A DNA stretch of 64,000 bases from Acholeplasma sp. (GCA_036677365.1 JAVBWN010000014.1:127137-191136), one strand, 5' to 3'. Numbered from the stretch's first letter, positions 29,884 through 39,412 are shown. The notes: generated by a model from the letters alone, not told the origin. A program made the numbers and translations.

Positions 29884-30677
29884 TGGATATCATTGTATTG
29901 GTTAAACAAGTACCAGATACGACTGAAATCAAAATTGATAAAGAAACCAACACCTTGATCCGTGCTGGTGTACAAAGCATTGTGAACCCCAACGATTTGG
30001 CTGGGGTCGAAGAAGCACTTAAACTGAAAGCCCGTTATGGTGGGACGGTTTCTGTGGTGACCATGGGGCCGATGCAAGCCGAATCGATGCTTGTTGAACT
30101 CTATGGGCGTGGGGTGGATGCGTGTTATTTACTTTCTGACCGTGCATTTGCGGGGTCAGATACGTGGGCCACATCGACCATCTTATCTAGTTTCTTAAAA
30201 ACATTAAAGTATGACTTAATCATCGCTGGTTACCAAGCCATCGATGGTGATACCGCTCAAGTAGGGCCACAAGTGGCTGAGTTCTTAAATATCCCACAAG
30301 TGACTTATCTATCTGAAATCACCGCTTTAAATGGCCGAGAATTGATTGTTAAAAAACGCACAGACAGTGAAGTCCTCACATTGTCAGTTGAATTACCTGT
30401 CCTCGTGACTACATTGGCAGATATGAACAAACCTAGATACATGAATGCGTGGGACATTTATCATAATACCGATAAAAAAGTGAACCTCGTGACATTCAAT
30501 GATTTGAATATTGACCCAAGCCATATTGGTTTAAAAGGGTCACCGACCAAAGTGAAAAAAACATACGTCAAACAAGTTCAAGCGAAATCTGAGAAAGTCG
30601 TGATGACCCCTGAAGACGCGGCGAAATGGATTACGAAGTTATTGTATCCTTATATGGAGGTTAAAAACCATGAATAA
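29883..30677 (+). CDS. etfB: electron transfer flavoprotein beta subunit
   Basis: KQVPDT, TMGP, DRAFAGSDTWATS, DGDTAQVGP, GLKGSPT. Confidence 0.95.
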   Translation: MDIIVLVKQVPDTTEIKIDKETNTLIRAGVQSIVNPNDLAGVEEALKLKARYGGTVSVVTMGPMQAESMLVELYGRGVDACYLLSDRAFAGSDTWATSTILSSFLKTLKYDLIIAGYQAIDGDTAQVGPQVAEFLNIPQVTYLSEITALNGRELIVKKRTDSEVLTLSVELPVLVTTLADMNKPRYMNAWDIYHNTDKKVNLVTFNDLNIDPSHIGLKGSPTKVKKTYVKQVQAKSEKVVMTPEDAAKWITKLLYPYMEVKNHE

Positions 30678-31656
30678 TGTATGGGTCTTCATCGAACAAA
30701 ATCATGGGAAACTACAACCCATTGGATTAGAATTACTCTCTGAATGTCGTCGTAAACTCGATGCATCGGTTCAAATCAGTGCCGTCTATTTTGGTCAATC
30801 GTTACAAGCAAAAGACATCGATGCGATGACCTTTTGTGGGGCAGATGAAATCATTTATACCGTGGATGAGAAACTGGCTGTTTACGATACCCATTATTAT
30901 GCAAGAGCCATCACGAACTTGATGAAAGACACACGTCCGGATGTGTTCTTGATAGGTTCCACCTTAGAAGGTAGAGATTTGGCACCAAGGGTATCTGCGA
31001 GACTAAACACAGGGCTAACTGCAGACGCGACGTTATTAGAATTTGAACAAAGCGATAAATTACTGTTGCTTGCAACCAGACCAGCACTGGGGGGTAATTT
31101 GTTCGCAACCATCATTTGTGAAAATACCATCCCACAAATGGCGACCATCAGACCTTCAATATTCAAAATTGAAGAGGATAGAACACGAACTTCTAAACTC
31201 AAAGCTGTGCCGTTTGTGTGCGAATCTGAGTCCAAAGTAAAAGTTTTAAGCAGTGAAAAACTCACCCACAAAAAAGTAGAACTCAACAAAGCCCAAGTCA
31301 TCGTCGCTGGTGGACGTGGGGTATCGAACATGTTCCCTGTATTAAAAGATATTGCTAACCTCATCGGTGGTGAAGTCGCTGCTTCAAGGGCTGTGGTTGA
31401 CGCGAACATTGAACAAAAAGACCGTTTGGTTGGCCAAACAGGGACAACAGTCCATCCAAAAGTCTATTTCGCCTCTGGCATCAGTGGTGCCATCCAACAC
31501 ATCAGTGGGATGGATAAATCGGAACTCATCATCGCGGTCAATACTGACCCCAATGCGTTAATATTTGATGTCGCGGATGTTTCCATCATCGCCGATGCAA
31601 AACAAGTTTTACCGCTTGTAAAAGAAGAACTCAAAGCCATCTTATCTTATAAATAG
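30670..31656 (+). CDS. etfA: electron transfer flavoprotein alpha subunit
   Basis: GLTADAT, RPALGGN, PQMATIRP, VGQTG, GISGAIQH, AVNTDPNA. Confidence 0.95.
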   Translation: MNNVWVFIEQNHGKLQPIGLELLSECRRKLDASVQISAVYFGQSLQAKDIDAMTFCGADEIIYTVDEKLAVYDTHYYARAITNLMKDTRPDVFLIGSTLEGRDLAPRVSARLNTGLTADATLLEFEQSDKLLLLATRPALGGNLFATIICENTIPQMATIRPSIFKIEEDRTRTSKLKAVPFVCESESKVKVLSSEKLTHKKVELNKAQVIVAGGRGVSNMFPVLKDIANLIGGEVAASRAVVDANIEQKDRLVGQTGTTVHPKVYFASGISGAIQHISGMDKSELIIAVNTDPNALIFDVADVSIIADAKQVLPLVKEELKAILSYK

Positions 31657-31668
31657 ATTTCTCCAAGG

Positions 31669-31700
31669 GAAAAGCCTTCTATACGGAAGGTTTTTTCTTT
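31669..31700 (+). terminator. intrinsic terminator after etfA
   Basis: AAAAGCCTTC-TATACG-GAAGGTTTTTTCTTT. Confidence 0.8.
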
Positions 31701-31807
31701 GTGTATTAAATGATAAAATATGCAAAAATCCAAAAATAACGTTAAAAAAATATGTGGATACACTTGCTAAAAAACGATCATTTAACTATAATGATTGTGG
31801 TGATAAT

Positions 31808-33103
31808 ATGTTGAAAAGAAAGATTAACCAAGATTTAGCGCTCTGGCGTGAGAACCCAAGTCGTCCAGCTTTACTTGTAAAAGGACCACGTGGCGTAGGT
31901 AAAAGCACATCCATCGAACGATTTGCGAAAGAAAACTACAAGTATGTCGTCAAAGTGGACTTTGAAAAAAATCCGGAATTGATCCCTGTATTCAATGAAA
32001 ACTTGGATGTGACCACCCTGATTAAAAAAGTCAGTCTATTTTTACAAGTCGAACGCATCGTTTCGGGTCAAACGTTGTTTTTCTTTGATGAAATTCATCT
32101 GTGTCCAAATGTGCGTGTCGCGGTTAAAAACTTCGTCAACAACCAAAAGTTTGATGTCATCATGGCGACCTCTTATTTTGGTATCAACCCAGATATTTTT
32201 CCAACCAATCCATACAGTTATGAACAAATTTTAGACATGAATGCACTCGATTTCGAAGAGTACTTATGGGCGAGTGGCGTATCTTCGAACATCATGAATG
32301 ACTTAAGACATTATTTTAATAATAAAATCCCAGTACCAGATGCACTCCATGAATTGATGCTCAATGTCTTTTATGAGTATATGACTGTGGGTGGGATGCC
32401 AGAAGTCGTCAATTCGTTTTTAAATACCCATAATTTCAGTTTAGTGACTAAAAAGCATGCGAAAATCATTCAAACCTATACGAAGGATATGAAACAATAC
32501 TTATCCAAACCAGACTTTACAAAATCTGTGAAATGTTTCTTATCGGTGCCATTTCAGCTTGACAAAGAAAATAAAAAATTCCAATATGGGTTTGTTGAAG
32601 CCAAAACAGCGGCACGTAAATATGAGAAGAATTTATTGTGGTTATACTATGCCGACATGGTCGACATTTGTTTCAATTTGAACTTGCCAAAAATGCCGTA
32701 TGCACAACAAGCCAAATACGACGTGTTTAAAGTCTATTATAAAGACATTGGTCTATTGACATCCTCTTATGGTGGGGATGCCCAAATTGCCATCCATACA
32801 GGCAAACTCAAAGCGTACCATGGGGCATTATTAGAAGCTGTGGTTGCGGATATCTTGATGAAAAATGGGAAGAAGTTGTACTACTTCGATCGAAACACCA
32901 CGTTGGAAGCAGATTTCTTAATCAAATTTAATGATAAAAATACGGTGTTGGAAGTTAAAGAAGCGGATAATCCAAAAACCAAAATGATTGAAAGTATGTT
33001 TGAAAACTTCGGTTTGACTCAAGCCATTAAACTGTCTTTGAATAACGTTTCGTATACCAAAAATGTCATCACCTATCCGATTTATATGGCGATGTTCCTA
33101 TAG
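31808..33103 (+). CDS. AAA+ ATPase with C-terminal DUF4143 (PD-(D/E)xK-like) domain
   Basis: GPRGVGKST, FFDEIH, YMTVGGMPEVV, KVYYKDIGLL, EADF...VLEVK. Confidence 0.88.
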   Translation: MLKRKINQDLALWRENPSRPALLVKGPRGVGKSTSIERFAKENYKYVVKVDFEKNPELIPVFNENLDVTTLIKKVSLFLQVERIVSGQTLFFFDEIHLCPNVRVAVKNFVNNQKFDVIMATSYFGINPDIFPTNPYSYEQILDMNALDFEEYLWASGVSSNIMNDLRHYFNNKIPVPDALHELMLNVFYEYMTVGGMPEVVNSFLNTHNFSLVTKKHAKIIQTYTKDMKQYLSKPDFTKSVKCFLSVPFQLDKENKKFQYGFVEAKTAARKYEKNLLWLYYADMVDICFNLNLPKMPYAQQAKYDVFKVYYKDIGLLTSSYGGDAQIAIHTGKLKAYHGALLEAVVADILMKNGKKLYYFDRNTTLEADFLIKFNDKNTVLEVKEADNPKTKMIESMFENFGLTQAIKLSLNNVSYTKNVITYPIYMAMFL

Positions 33104-33202
33104 TTTTTTCAAGAAAGCATTTTCTTTAGAAAAGCGCTTAGTATAGGGCTTGTTTTATCGATATTGGTGCTATAATGATGGGTGGAAATTGAAGGTGTTA
33201 TT

Positions 33203-34024
33203 ATGTTGAATTACTTGCTTGGATTGGATACTTGGCAACTTGCGTTATTGGGTGGCATACTCACTTGGTCGTTGACAGCGCTTGGGGCTTCCTTGGTATT
33301 CTTTTTCAAAGGCATTCATAAAAATGTATATAACATGATGCTTGGTTTCGCAGCCGGTGTCATGATCGCAGCATCCGTATGGAGCTTAATCATCCCTGCG
33401 GTTGATATGGCAGAAGCCCAAGGGGCCATCCCTTGGTTGGTAGCAGCCATTGGGATTTTGGTGGGTACAGGGTTTTTATTCGCATTCGATAAAATCATCC
33501 CACACATTCACTTTGGTAAAGAATCACTCCAAGAAGGGATTCGAACCAAATTATCACGTAATATTCTTTTGGTATTCTCAATCACATTGCACAACATCCC
33601 TGAAGGGTTGGCGGTTGGTGTGGCATTTGGTGCTGTCGGTTTAGCAACCAACCCAGAAATAGCTTTATACGCAGCCATCGCTGTGGCCCTCGGTATTGGG
33701 ATTCAAAACTTCCCAGAAGGTGCAGCGGTATCCATCCCACTTAGACAAGAAGGCAACTCCCGTCGAAAATCCTTTTTCTATGGACAAGCCTCTGCTTTAG
33801 TTGAACCCATTTCAGCCGTTATTGGCGCGATTTTGGTCAATGTTGTCAGTCAAATCTTACCTTATGCACTGACATTCGCTGCAGGTGCGATGATCTATGT
33901 TGTGATTGAAGAACTCATCCCAGAATCGAAAGATATCGTGGATGAAAAAGGTGAGCACTACGCGACCTTTGGGTTTGTGTTGGGGTTCATCATCATGATG
34001 ATTTTGGATATTGCTTTAGGCTAA
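33203..34024 (+). CDS. ZIP-family (GufA/ZupT-like) divalent metal transporter
   Basis: LGFAAGVM, ITLHNIPEGLAVG, IQNFPEG, AAGAMIYVVIEELIPE. Confidence 0.94.
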   Translation: MLNYLLGLDTWQLALLGGILTWSLTALGASLVFFFKGIHKNVYNMMLGFAAGVMIAASVWSLIIPAVDMAEAQGAIPWLVAAIGILVGTGFLFAFDKIIPHIHFGKESLQEGIRTKLSRNILLVFSITLHNIPEGLAVGVAFGAVGLATNPEIALYAAIAVALGIGIQNFPEGAAVSIPLRQEGNSRRKSFFYGQASALVEPISAVIGAILVNVVSQILPYALTFAAGAMIYVVIEELIPESKDIVDEKGEHYATFGFVLGFIIMMILDIALG

Positions 34025-34026
34025 AT

Positions 34027-34053
34027 AAAAAACCACGACATGTGGCTTTTATT
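34027..34053. terminator. bidirectional terminator between ZIP and the hmoA-like gene
   Basis: AAAAAACCAC-GACAT-GTGGCTTTT. Confidence 0.65.
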
Positions 34054-34366
34054 TAGCAACTACAGTTGAAAGTTCGAAATAGGTTTCTTTTGAAGATTCG
34101 ATGACCCCAGGCATCTCACCATGGCTTTTACCGCCCTTATGCAGTGCCTTATGTTCCTCTGAACCTTCCCAGGCATAAAATGCTTCACGGGAGGTCCAAT
34201 AAATCGAAACGCGGTAGGTATCGTAATCTTTGTTTTTCTCATCGATCAACACTTCACGTTTGATGAAACCATCGACGGTTTGTAAACGGAAGGGTTGACT
34301 GAAGCGTTCTTGTAAAATGGTTTTCTGGCCCTTTTCAACTTTGAGCACTCGTGTGATAATATACAT
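34049..34366 (-). CDS. antibiotic-biosynthesis-monooxygenase family, IsdG/HmoA-like heme-degrading enzyme
   Basis: 105 aa from ATG 34366 (RBS AAAGGA); ERF...DGF...WTSREAFYAWEGSEEHKALH. Arg at the IsdG Asn position, as in B. subtilis HmoA. Confidence 0.75.
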   Translation of the reverse strand: MYIITRVLKVEKGQKTILQERFSQPFRLQTVDGFIKREVLIDEKNKDYDTYRVSIYWTSREAFYAWEGSEEHKALHKGGKSHGEMPGVIESSKETYFELSTVVAK

Positions 34367-34487
34367 CGTCATCATCCTTTCGAATTCATTGTAACAAATG
34401 ATAAAAATCAAAGGTAAATGATATGATAAGGATTCTATTTTATGGCTCAATTGGCTATAAATAAACTATAAATATAAGGGGTTAAGC

Positions 34488-35120
34488 ATGAAATCTATTT
34501 TTTTTAAAGCCATTTATGCAGGGCTTTTAATCGGTATCGCAGCAGTAGCGTATTTGTCAGTTGACAGTGCGTATTTGGGTTCACTCCTATTCGGATTTGG
34601 GCTTTTAATGATTGTATCCTCTGGTTATTATCTCTATACCGGTAAGGTTGGGTATTGGGTAAAAGAACACAACTACACAAAAGTATTACTGACTACTTTA
34701 GGCGGTAACTTAATCGGAACATTCATAATCGGTATTTTTGTAAGATTAATGCAATTACCGATTATTGTTAAGACAGAAGCCTTAGTTGAACTTAAACTTG
34801 AAAATGGTTTAATCAAAGTTTTAATACTATCAATCTTATGTGGGATGATGATGTATTTGGGTGTCGATGGCTATCGAAAAGCTAAAAATGAAGTTGCGAA
34901 AGTCATAATGGTTTTATTCGCCGTCATGATTTTTATTCTTTCTAAGTTTGAACACAGTGTCGCAAACATGGCCTATTTCGCCATTAGTGGTAGCTACTCG
35001 ATTAAATCATTGATTTATCTTGTTATTATGATCATTGGTAATGGTTTGGGTGCGATGGGGTTATGCTATTTAGATAAAACCATTGAACATTTAGACCAAA
35101 AGAAATCGATTGAATCCTAG
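34488..35120 (+). CDS. formate/nitrite transporter (FNT) family, short form
   Basis: AGLLIG, LYTG, GNLIG, FEHSVANM, GNGLG. Confidence 0.88.
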   Translation: MKSIFFKAIYAGLLIGIAAVAYLSVDSAYLGSLLFGFGLLMIVSSGYYLYTGKVGYWVKEHNYTKVLLTTLGGNLIGTFIIGIFVRLMQLPIIVKTEALVELKLENGLIKVLILSILCGMMMYLGVDGYRKAKNEVAKVIMVLFAVMIFILSKFEHSVANMAYFAISGSYSIKSLIYLVIMIIGNGLGAMGLCYLDKTIEHLDQKKSIES

Positions 35121-35409
35121 TTGACTATATTTTATTCTTATAAAAAACAGGTTAAATTGCCAATATTTTGCAAACGAGTTTTTCTGTTTTGAACAATCCT
35201 ATTTAGTAATCTAATTCACCTAAATAAAACAAAATAAAATAGCCTTTTTTCTTGCAATTGACGCGGTAATTGTTTAAACTGGTCTTACTAAGACTGAACA
35301 AATAAAACATTGATAAATGACAGATTTTGATGAGTCTTAAAAGTTTTATTTTAAAATTGAGTACATAGTTTACTTAATTTATTTAAATATCTTAAAGAGG
35401 AGGAATCAA

Positions 35410-36894
35410 ATGAAAAATTCGATTTTAGTCGAAAAAATTATCGAATCGGCTAAAGCCATCCTACCTGTGGGTCTTTTAGGTTTAATCGTCAGTATCCTCA
35501 TTAAAGTAGAAGGTACCGATTTGATTAACTTCGGGATTGGAACAGCGATGTTGATTTTAGGCTTAGCTCTGTTCCAAATTGGTTCGCTGTCGTCTACCGT
35601 TGCGCTTGCTGAAGATATCGGTATATTCATTACTCGCAAAAAGAAGTTACCCCTTTTCATTGGTGTAGCGTTAATTCTTGGATTAATGATTACAGTTGCA
35701 GAACCTCAACTATGGGTGCTTGGAGACCAATTAAAAGAAGTCATTCCACCCGTTGTATTGATTCTAACTGTATCAGTAGGCGTTGGGATTTTAATTGTCC
35801 TTGCACTCTTGCGTATCCTATTCCAATTTAGTTTACAAAAAATGTTCATGATTCTTTATATCACGCTATTCATATTGGCTGGTATCGTATCATTTAGCAG
35901 TCCAGATTTCATTCCTGTGGCATTTGACTCGGGTGGTGTAACGACTGGACCCATGGTGTTTTCATTTATCATGGCGTTTGGATATGGTATTTCTCATGCC
36001 CGTGGTGATAAATCTTCTGAACTTGATGCCTTTGGTTTAATTGGTATTGTTTCTGTAGGCCCAATTCTCAGTGTTTTGTTGTTGGGAATCTTTTACAATC
36101 CGAGTGCACCAATTGTGGATACGAGTTCAACACTAATCGATTATTTGCTCATCAATATTACTCAAATGGCGATTGCAATATTACCGTTTGTTCTATTATT
36201 TTTCGTTTTTCAAATTACCGCTTTCAAATTCCCAAAAATTCGTGTTTATAAGATTTTAGTATCCTTTTTATATACATATTTAGGTCTGGTGTTATTCTTA
36301 ACAGGTGCGAATGGCGGATTGGTCAATATTGGTACTTACATAGGCGAATATTTTGGGGGTAACATGAAATGGTTACTCATTCCACTAGGCATGATCTTTG
36401 GACTATCGGTCGTTGCAGCAGAACCAACTGTTATCGCATTGAATCGTCAAGTTGAAGAAGTTTCTGCCGGTGCTATTAGCCGTCGCATCATGATGGTTGC
36501 GTTATCGATTGGGGTTTCAGTGGCTGTAGGATTATCGATGCTACGTGTCGTGACAGGTATCAGCATCTGGTGGATTTTATTACCTGGCTATGGTATAACG
36601 ATACTATTGACATTTATATCACCTAAAATCTTCTCATCGATTGCATTTGACTCAGGTGCAGCTGTGACCGGTGTATTAGCGACCGGATTCCTCATGCCAC
36701 TCGCAATTGGGGCAGCGATTGCCATCCCAGGGGCGAATCCATTAACAGATGCTTTCGGGTTGATTGCTTTAGTAGCGATGACCCCGCTCATCACCATTCA
36801 ATTGGTTGGGATGATGGCTCAACGTCGTCAACATAAATCAAAAGCGGTTGTTGTTGAGGATGAAATTATTGACTTAAAAGGAGAAAAATCATGA
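35410..36894 (+). CDS. DUF1538-domain membrane protein (two fused repeats), putative transporter
   Basis: Internal duplication: TVAEP/AAEP, AFDSGGVTTGP/AFDSGAAVTG, DAFGLI twice; highly hydrophobic. Confidence 0.85.
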   Translation: MKNSILVEKIIESAKAILPVGLLGLIVSILIKVEGTDLINFGIGTAMLILGLALFQIGSLSSTVALAEDIGIFITRKKKLPLFIGVALILGLMITVAEPQLWVLGDQLKEVIPPVVLILTVSVGVGILIVLALLRILFQFSLQKMFMILYITLFILAGIVSFSSPDFIPVAFDSGGVTTGPMVFSFIMAFGYGISHARGDKSSELDAFGLIGIVSVGPILSVLLLGIFYNPSAPIVDTSSTLIDYLLINITQMAIAILPFVLLFFVFQITAFKFPKIRVYKILVSFLYTYLGLVLFLTGANGGLVNIGTYIGEYFGGNMKWLLIPLGMIFGLSVVAAEPTVIALNRQVEEVSAGAISRRIMMVALSIGVSVAVGLSMLRVVTGISIWWILLPGYGITILLTFISPKIFSSIAFDSGAAVTGVLATGFLMPLAIGAAIAIPGANPLTDAFGLIALVAMTPLITIQLVGMMAQRRQHKSKAVVVEDEIIDLKGEKS

Positions 36895-37217
36895 GATTGA
36901 TGATTACAATTGTACCGAAAGGTAAAGCCGATGCAGTTGCAAAAGTCATCGGTGAAGGACTCATTCATCATCAAGAAACGATGCTTGGACGTGGGACAGC
37001 ACCAACCGACATTATGGAGATGTTGGCAATGAGTGAACGTGACAAAGAAGTGATCTTCTCGATTGTAGATGACAACGATGTGAATATGATTTATCAGGAT
37101 TTAGACGAAACATTCGACTTTAAAAATTCCCATTTTGGGATTTCCTTTACGATTGAAATTGACTCAATTGGTAAAATGGGATTTAATTATTTATACGAAA
37201 TTACGGAGGAAGCATAG
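36891..37217 (+). CDS. PII-like (GlnB-fold) protein 1
   Basis: LMITIVPKGK...LGRGTA...KEVIFSIV...GISFTI. Confidence 0.78.
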   Translation: MRLMITIVPKGKADAVAKVIGEGLIHHQETMLGRGTAPTDIMEMLAMSERDKEVIFSIVDDNDVNMIYQDLDETFDFKNSHFGISFTIEIDSIGKMGFNYLYEITEEA

Positions 37218-37218
37218 T

Positions 37219-37539
37219 ATGGAAAATCAATCATTGATATTATTCGTTTGTAATCATGGCTATGCCTATGATGCAATGGCTGAGGCTAGAAAAGCAGGGG
37301 CTCGTGGTGGAACCATTATTCATGGTAGAAGTAGCATATCTACCGAAAAACAAAAGTTCTTTGGAATCACTGTACACCCTGAAAAAGACATTTTGATGGT
37401 TGTATGTACTGAAGAACAAAAACCTCTTTTAATGAAGGCGATGAGTTCAAAATACGGTGTCACTTCCGATGCAAAAGGGCTTTGTTTCTCTCTCAAAGTT
37501 GAAGATTCAATTGGCATCAGTTTTGATCCACTCGTTTAA
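37219..37539 (+). CDS. PII-like (GlnB-fold) protein 2
   Basis: AMAEARKAGARGGTIIHGR...PEKDILMVV...GLCFSL; start at ATG 37219 after GGAGG. Confidence 0.82.
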   Translation: MENQSLILFVCNHGYAYDAMAEARKAGARGGTIIHGRSSISTEKQKFFGITVHPEKDILMVVCTEEQKPLLMKAMSSKYGVTSDAKGLCFSLKVEDSIGISFDPLV

Positions 37540-37569
37540 TCTTTGAATAAATAGAAAGAAGGCTTACTT

Positions 37570-38577
37570 TTGGATACTTTGGTATTTGCAATCAACGCCA
37601 TCATGCCGATTGTGCTTTTGATTGTGTTGGGTTACGGTTTAATGAGGGTACATTTTCTCGATGAAAAATTCTTAAAAATGGCGAATCGTTTTGTATTTTT
37701 CATCGCTTTACCCGTATTATTAGCGAAAAATATATACGATGTCGACTCGATTGGACAAATTGAGTTTGGGATTGTCATCATCTCTTGTTTAGGCATATTC
37801 TTATTGTTTTTAATCGGTCTTTTGGTAGTTAAATGGTTGGTACCCAAGGATGAGCGTAAAGGTGTCGTCTTACAATGTTTATTCCGTTCGAACTTCGCCA
37901 TCATCGGGTTGCCTTTAGCCACGTCTTTAGGCGGTAATGGCGCAGCAGCATTGGTATCCATTCTAGCCGCATTCACCATCCCATTATTCAACATATTAGC
38001 GGTATTATCCTTAACGATGTTCAATAAAGAACACGGCAGCCTAAACTTTAAAAAAGTGGCTCGAGATGTGGTGAAAAACCCACTCATCATCGGTGTCGTG
38101 GTCGGATCTTTCTTATTGGTACTACGTGAATTTATCCCTATGGTGGACGGCGAACGCGTCTTTTCCATTAAACGCGATATGCCATTTTTCTATCAAGCAG
38201 TGAAATACGTCGCAGACATCGCTTCGCCACTCGCATTGATTGTTTTGGGTGGTCAGTTTAAGTTTAAAGCACTCGCTTCCATGATCAAAGAAGTATCGAT
38301 TGGTGTGGTGGGTAGATTGATATTCGCACCAACCCTTGGGTTCGCTTTGATTTATTTGGCAGATGCTTTGATTCCAAGTTTTGAAATGAAAGCGAGTTAT
38401 TTTGCGGGAACCATCGCGTTATTTGCTTCACCGGTAGCGGTATCTTCTGCAGTCATGGCATCAGAAATGAAAGCCGATGAATCCTTGGCTGCACAACTGG
38501 TCGTTTGGACATCCTTATTTTCTGTGTTCTCGATTTTCGGGATTGTCGTCGTCCTTAGAAGCTTAGGTTTATTATAA
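37570..38577 (+). CDS. AEC (auxin efflux carrier / malate permease) family transporter
   Basis: FVFFIALP, FRSNFAIIGLP, KNPLI, ASPLALIVLG, SPVAV. Confidence 0.9.
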   Translation: MDTLVFAINAIMPIVLLIVLGYGLMRVHFLDEKFLKMANRFVFFIALPVLLAKNIYDVDSIGQIEFGIVIISCLGIFLLFLIGLLVVKWLVPKDERKGVVLQCLFRSNFAIIGLPLATSLGGNGAAALVSILAAFTIPLFNILAVLSLTMFNKEHGSLNFKKVARDVVKNPLIIGVVVGSFLLVLREFIPMVDGERVFSIKRDMPFFYQAVKYVADIASPLALIVLGGQFKFKALASMIKEVSIGVVGRLIFAPTLGFALIYLADALIPSFEMKASYFAGTIALFASPVAVSSAVMASEMKADESLAAQLVVWTSLFSVFSIFGIVVVLRSLGLL

Positions 38578-38585
38578 TTACATCC

Positions 38586-38625
38586 AACACGATGACCACA
38601 ATCCCAAGGTAATCGTGTTTTTATT
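38586..38625 (+). terminator. intrinsic terminator after the AEC gene
   Basis: AACACGAT...ATCGTGTT + TTTATTTT. Confidence 0.7.
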
Positions 38626-38633
38626 TTGATAAT

Positions 38634-38664
38634 CGTCAAGGTTTTGTAAAGATTGTGTTAAAAT
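38634..38664 (-). promoter_or_regulatory. inverted PHO-box-like repeats overlapping the extended -10 of the VTC gene
   Basis: Minus strand reads TTAACA-N5-TTTACA-N5-TTGACG (11-bp period). Plus-strand TGTTAAAAT at 38656-38664. Confidence 0.55.
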
Positions 38665-38695
38665 AATTACAGCAACGATGATCGAGGTTTTTACT

Positions 38696-39412
38696 ATGGC
38701 TTTAGGGCAATCTTTCAACCGATTTGAAAAAAAATATTTAGTCACCAAAGCACAAAAAGACGAACTCGTCGATTTTTTAACACAATACTTAACGTTTGAT
38801 GATTATTCTAAAGATGACTATTATACAATTTACAACATTTACTACGATACTGCTGACCAAAACATCATCCGCCAATCGGTGGATAAACCGCCATATAAAG
38901 CGAAATTAAGGTTGCGAAGTTATACGTGTCCAGTCGAACCAACCGATTTGGTATTCCTAGAAATTAAAAAGAAAATCGATGGTAAAGTCACCAAACGTCG
39001 GGTCATCATGACCTATGTAGATGCCAACCGGTTTGTGATCAAAGGGGTGCGTCCTAAGATGCACGATTACATGTCGCAACAAGTACTCAATGAAATCGAC
39101 TATTATTTGAAGCGAAACCCCGTTCAACCGAATTATTACATTGCCTATGAACGTAGGGCGATGGCAGATGCACAAAATTTGCTTCGCGTCACCATCGATA
39201 AACGGATCGATATCCGGCGCGAAGATGTGAGTTTCTTGTTGTGTGGGGGACATTCAATGTTACCGAAAGACCACTACTTGATTGAAATCAAATCGGGTGA
39301 AAATTTTCCGATTTGGTTAGCTCACAAACTGTCTGAAATGAACTTATTTGCGCAAAGCTTTTCGAAATACGGGGAAGCTTACCGCATCAGTATACAAGGA
39401 GAAGAATTATAA
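38696..39412 (+). CDS. VTC-domain (polyphosphate polymerase-like, CYTH/TTM fold) protein
   Basis: RFEKKY, NIYYDT, KLRLRSY, FLEIKKK, KRR, YER, RVTID, EIK, FSKY. Confidence 0.9.
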   Translation: MALGQSFNRFEKKYLVTKAQKDELVDFLTQYLTFDDYSKDDYYTIYNIYYDTADQNIIRQSVDKPPYKAKLRLRSYTCPVEPTDLVFLEIKKKIDGKVTKRRVIMTYVDANRFVIKGVRPKMHDYMSQQVLNEIDYYLKRNPVQPNYYIAYERRAMADAQNLLRVTIDKRIDIRREDVSFLLCGGHSMLPKDHYLIEIKSGENFPIWLAHKLSEMNLFAQSFSKYGEAYRISIQGEEL

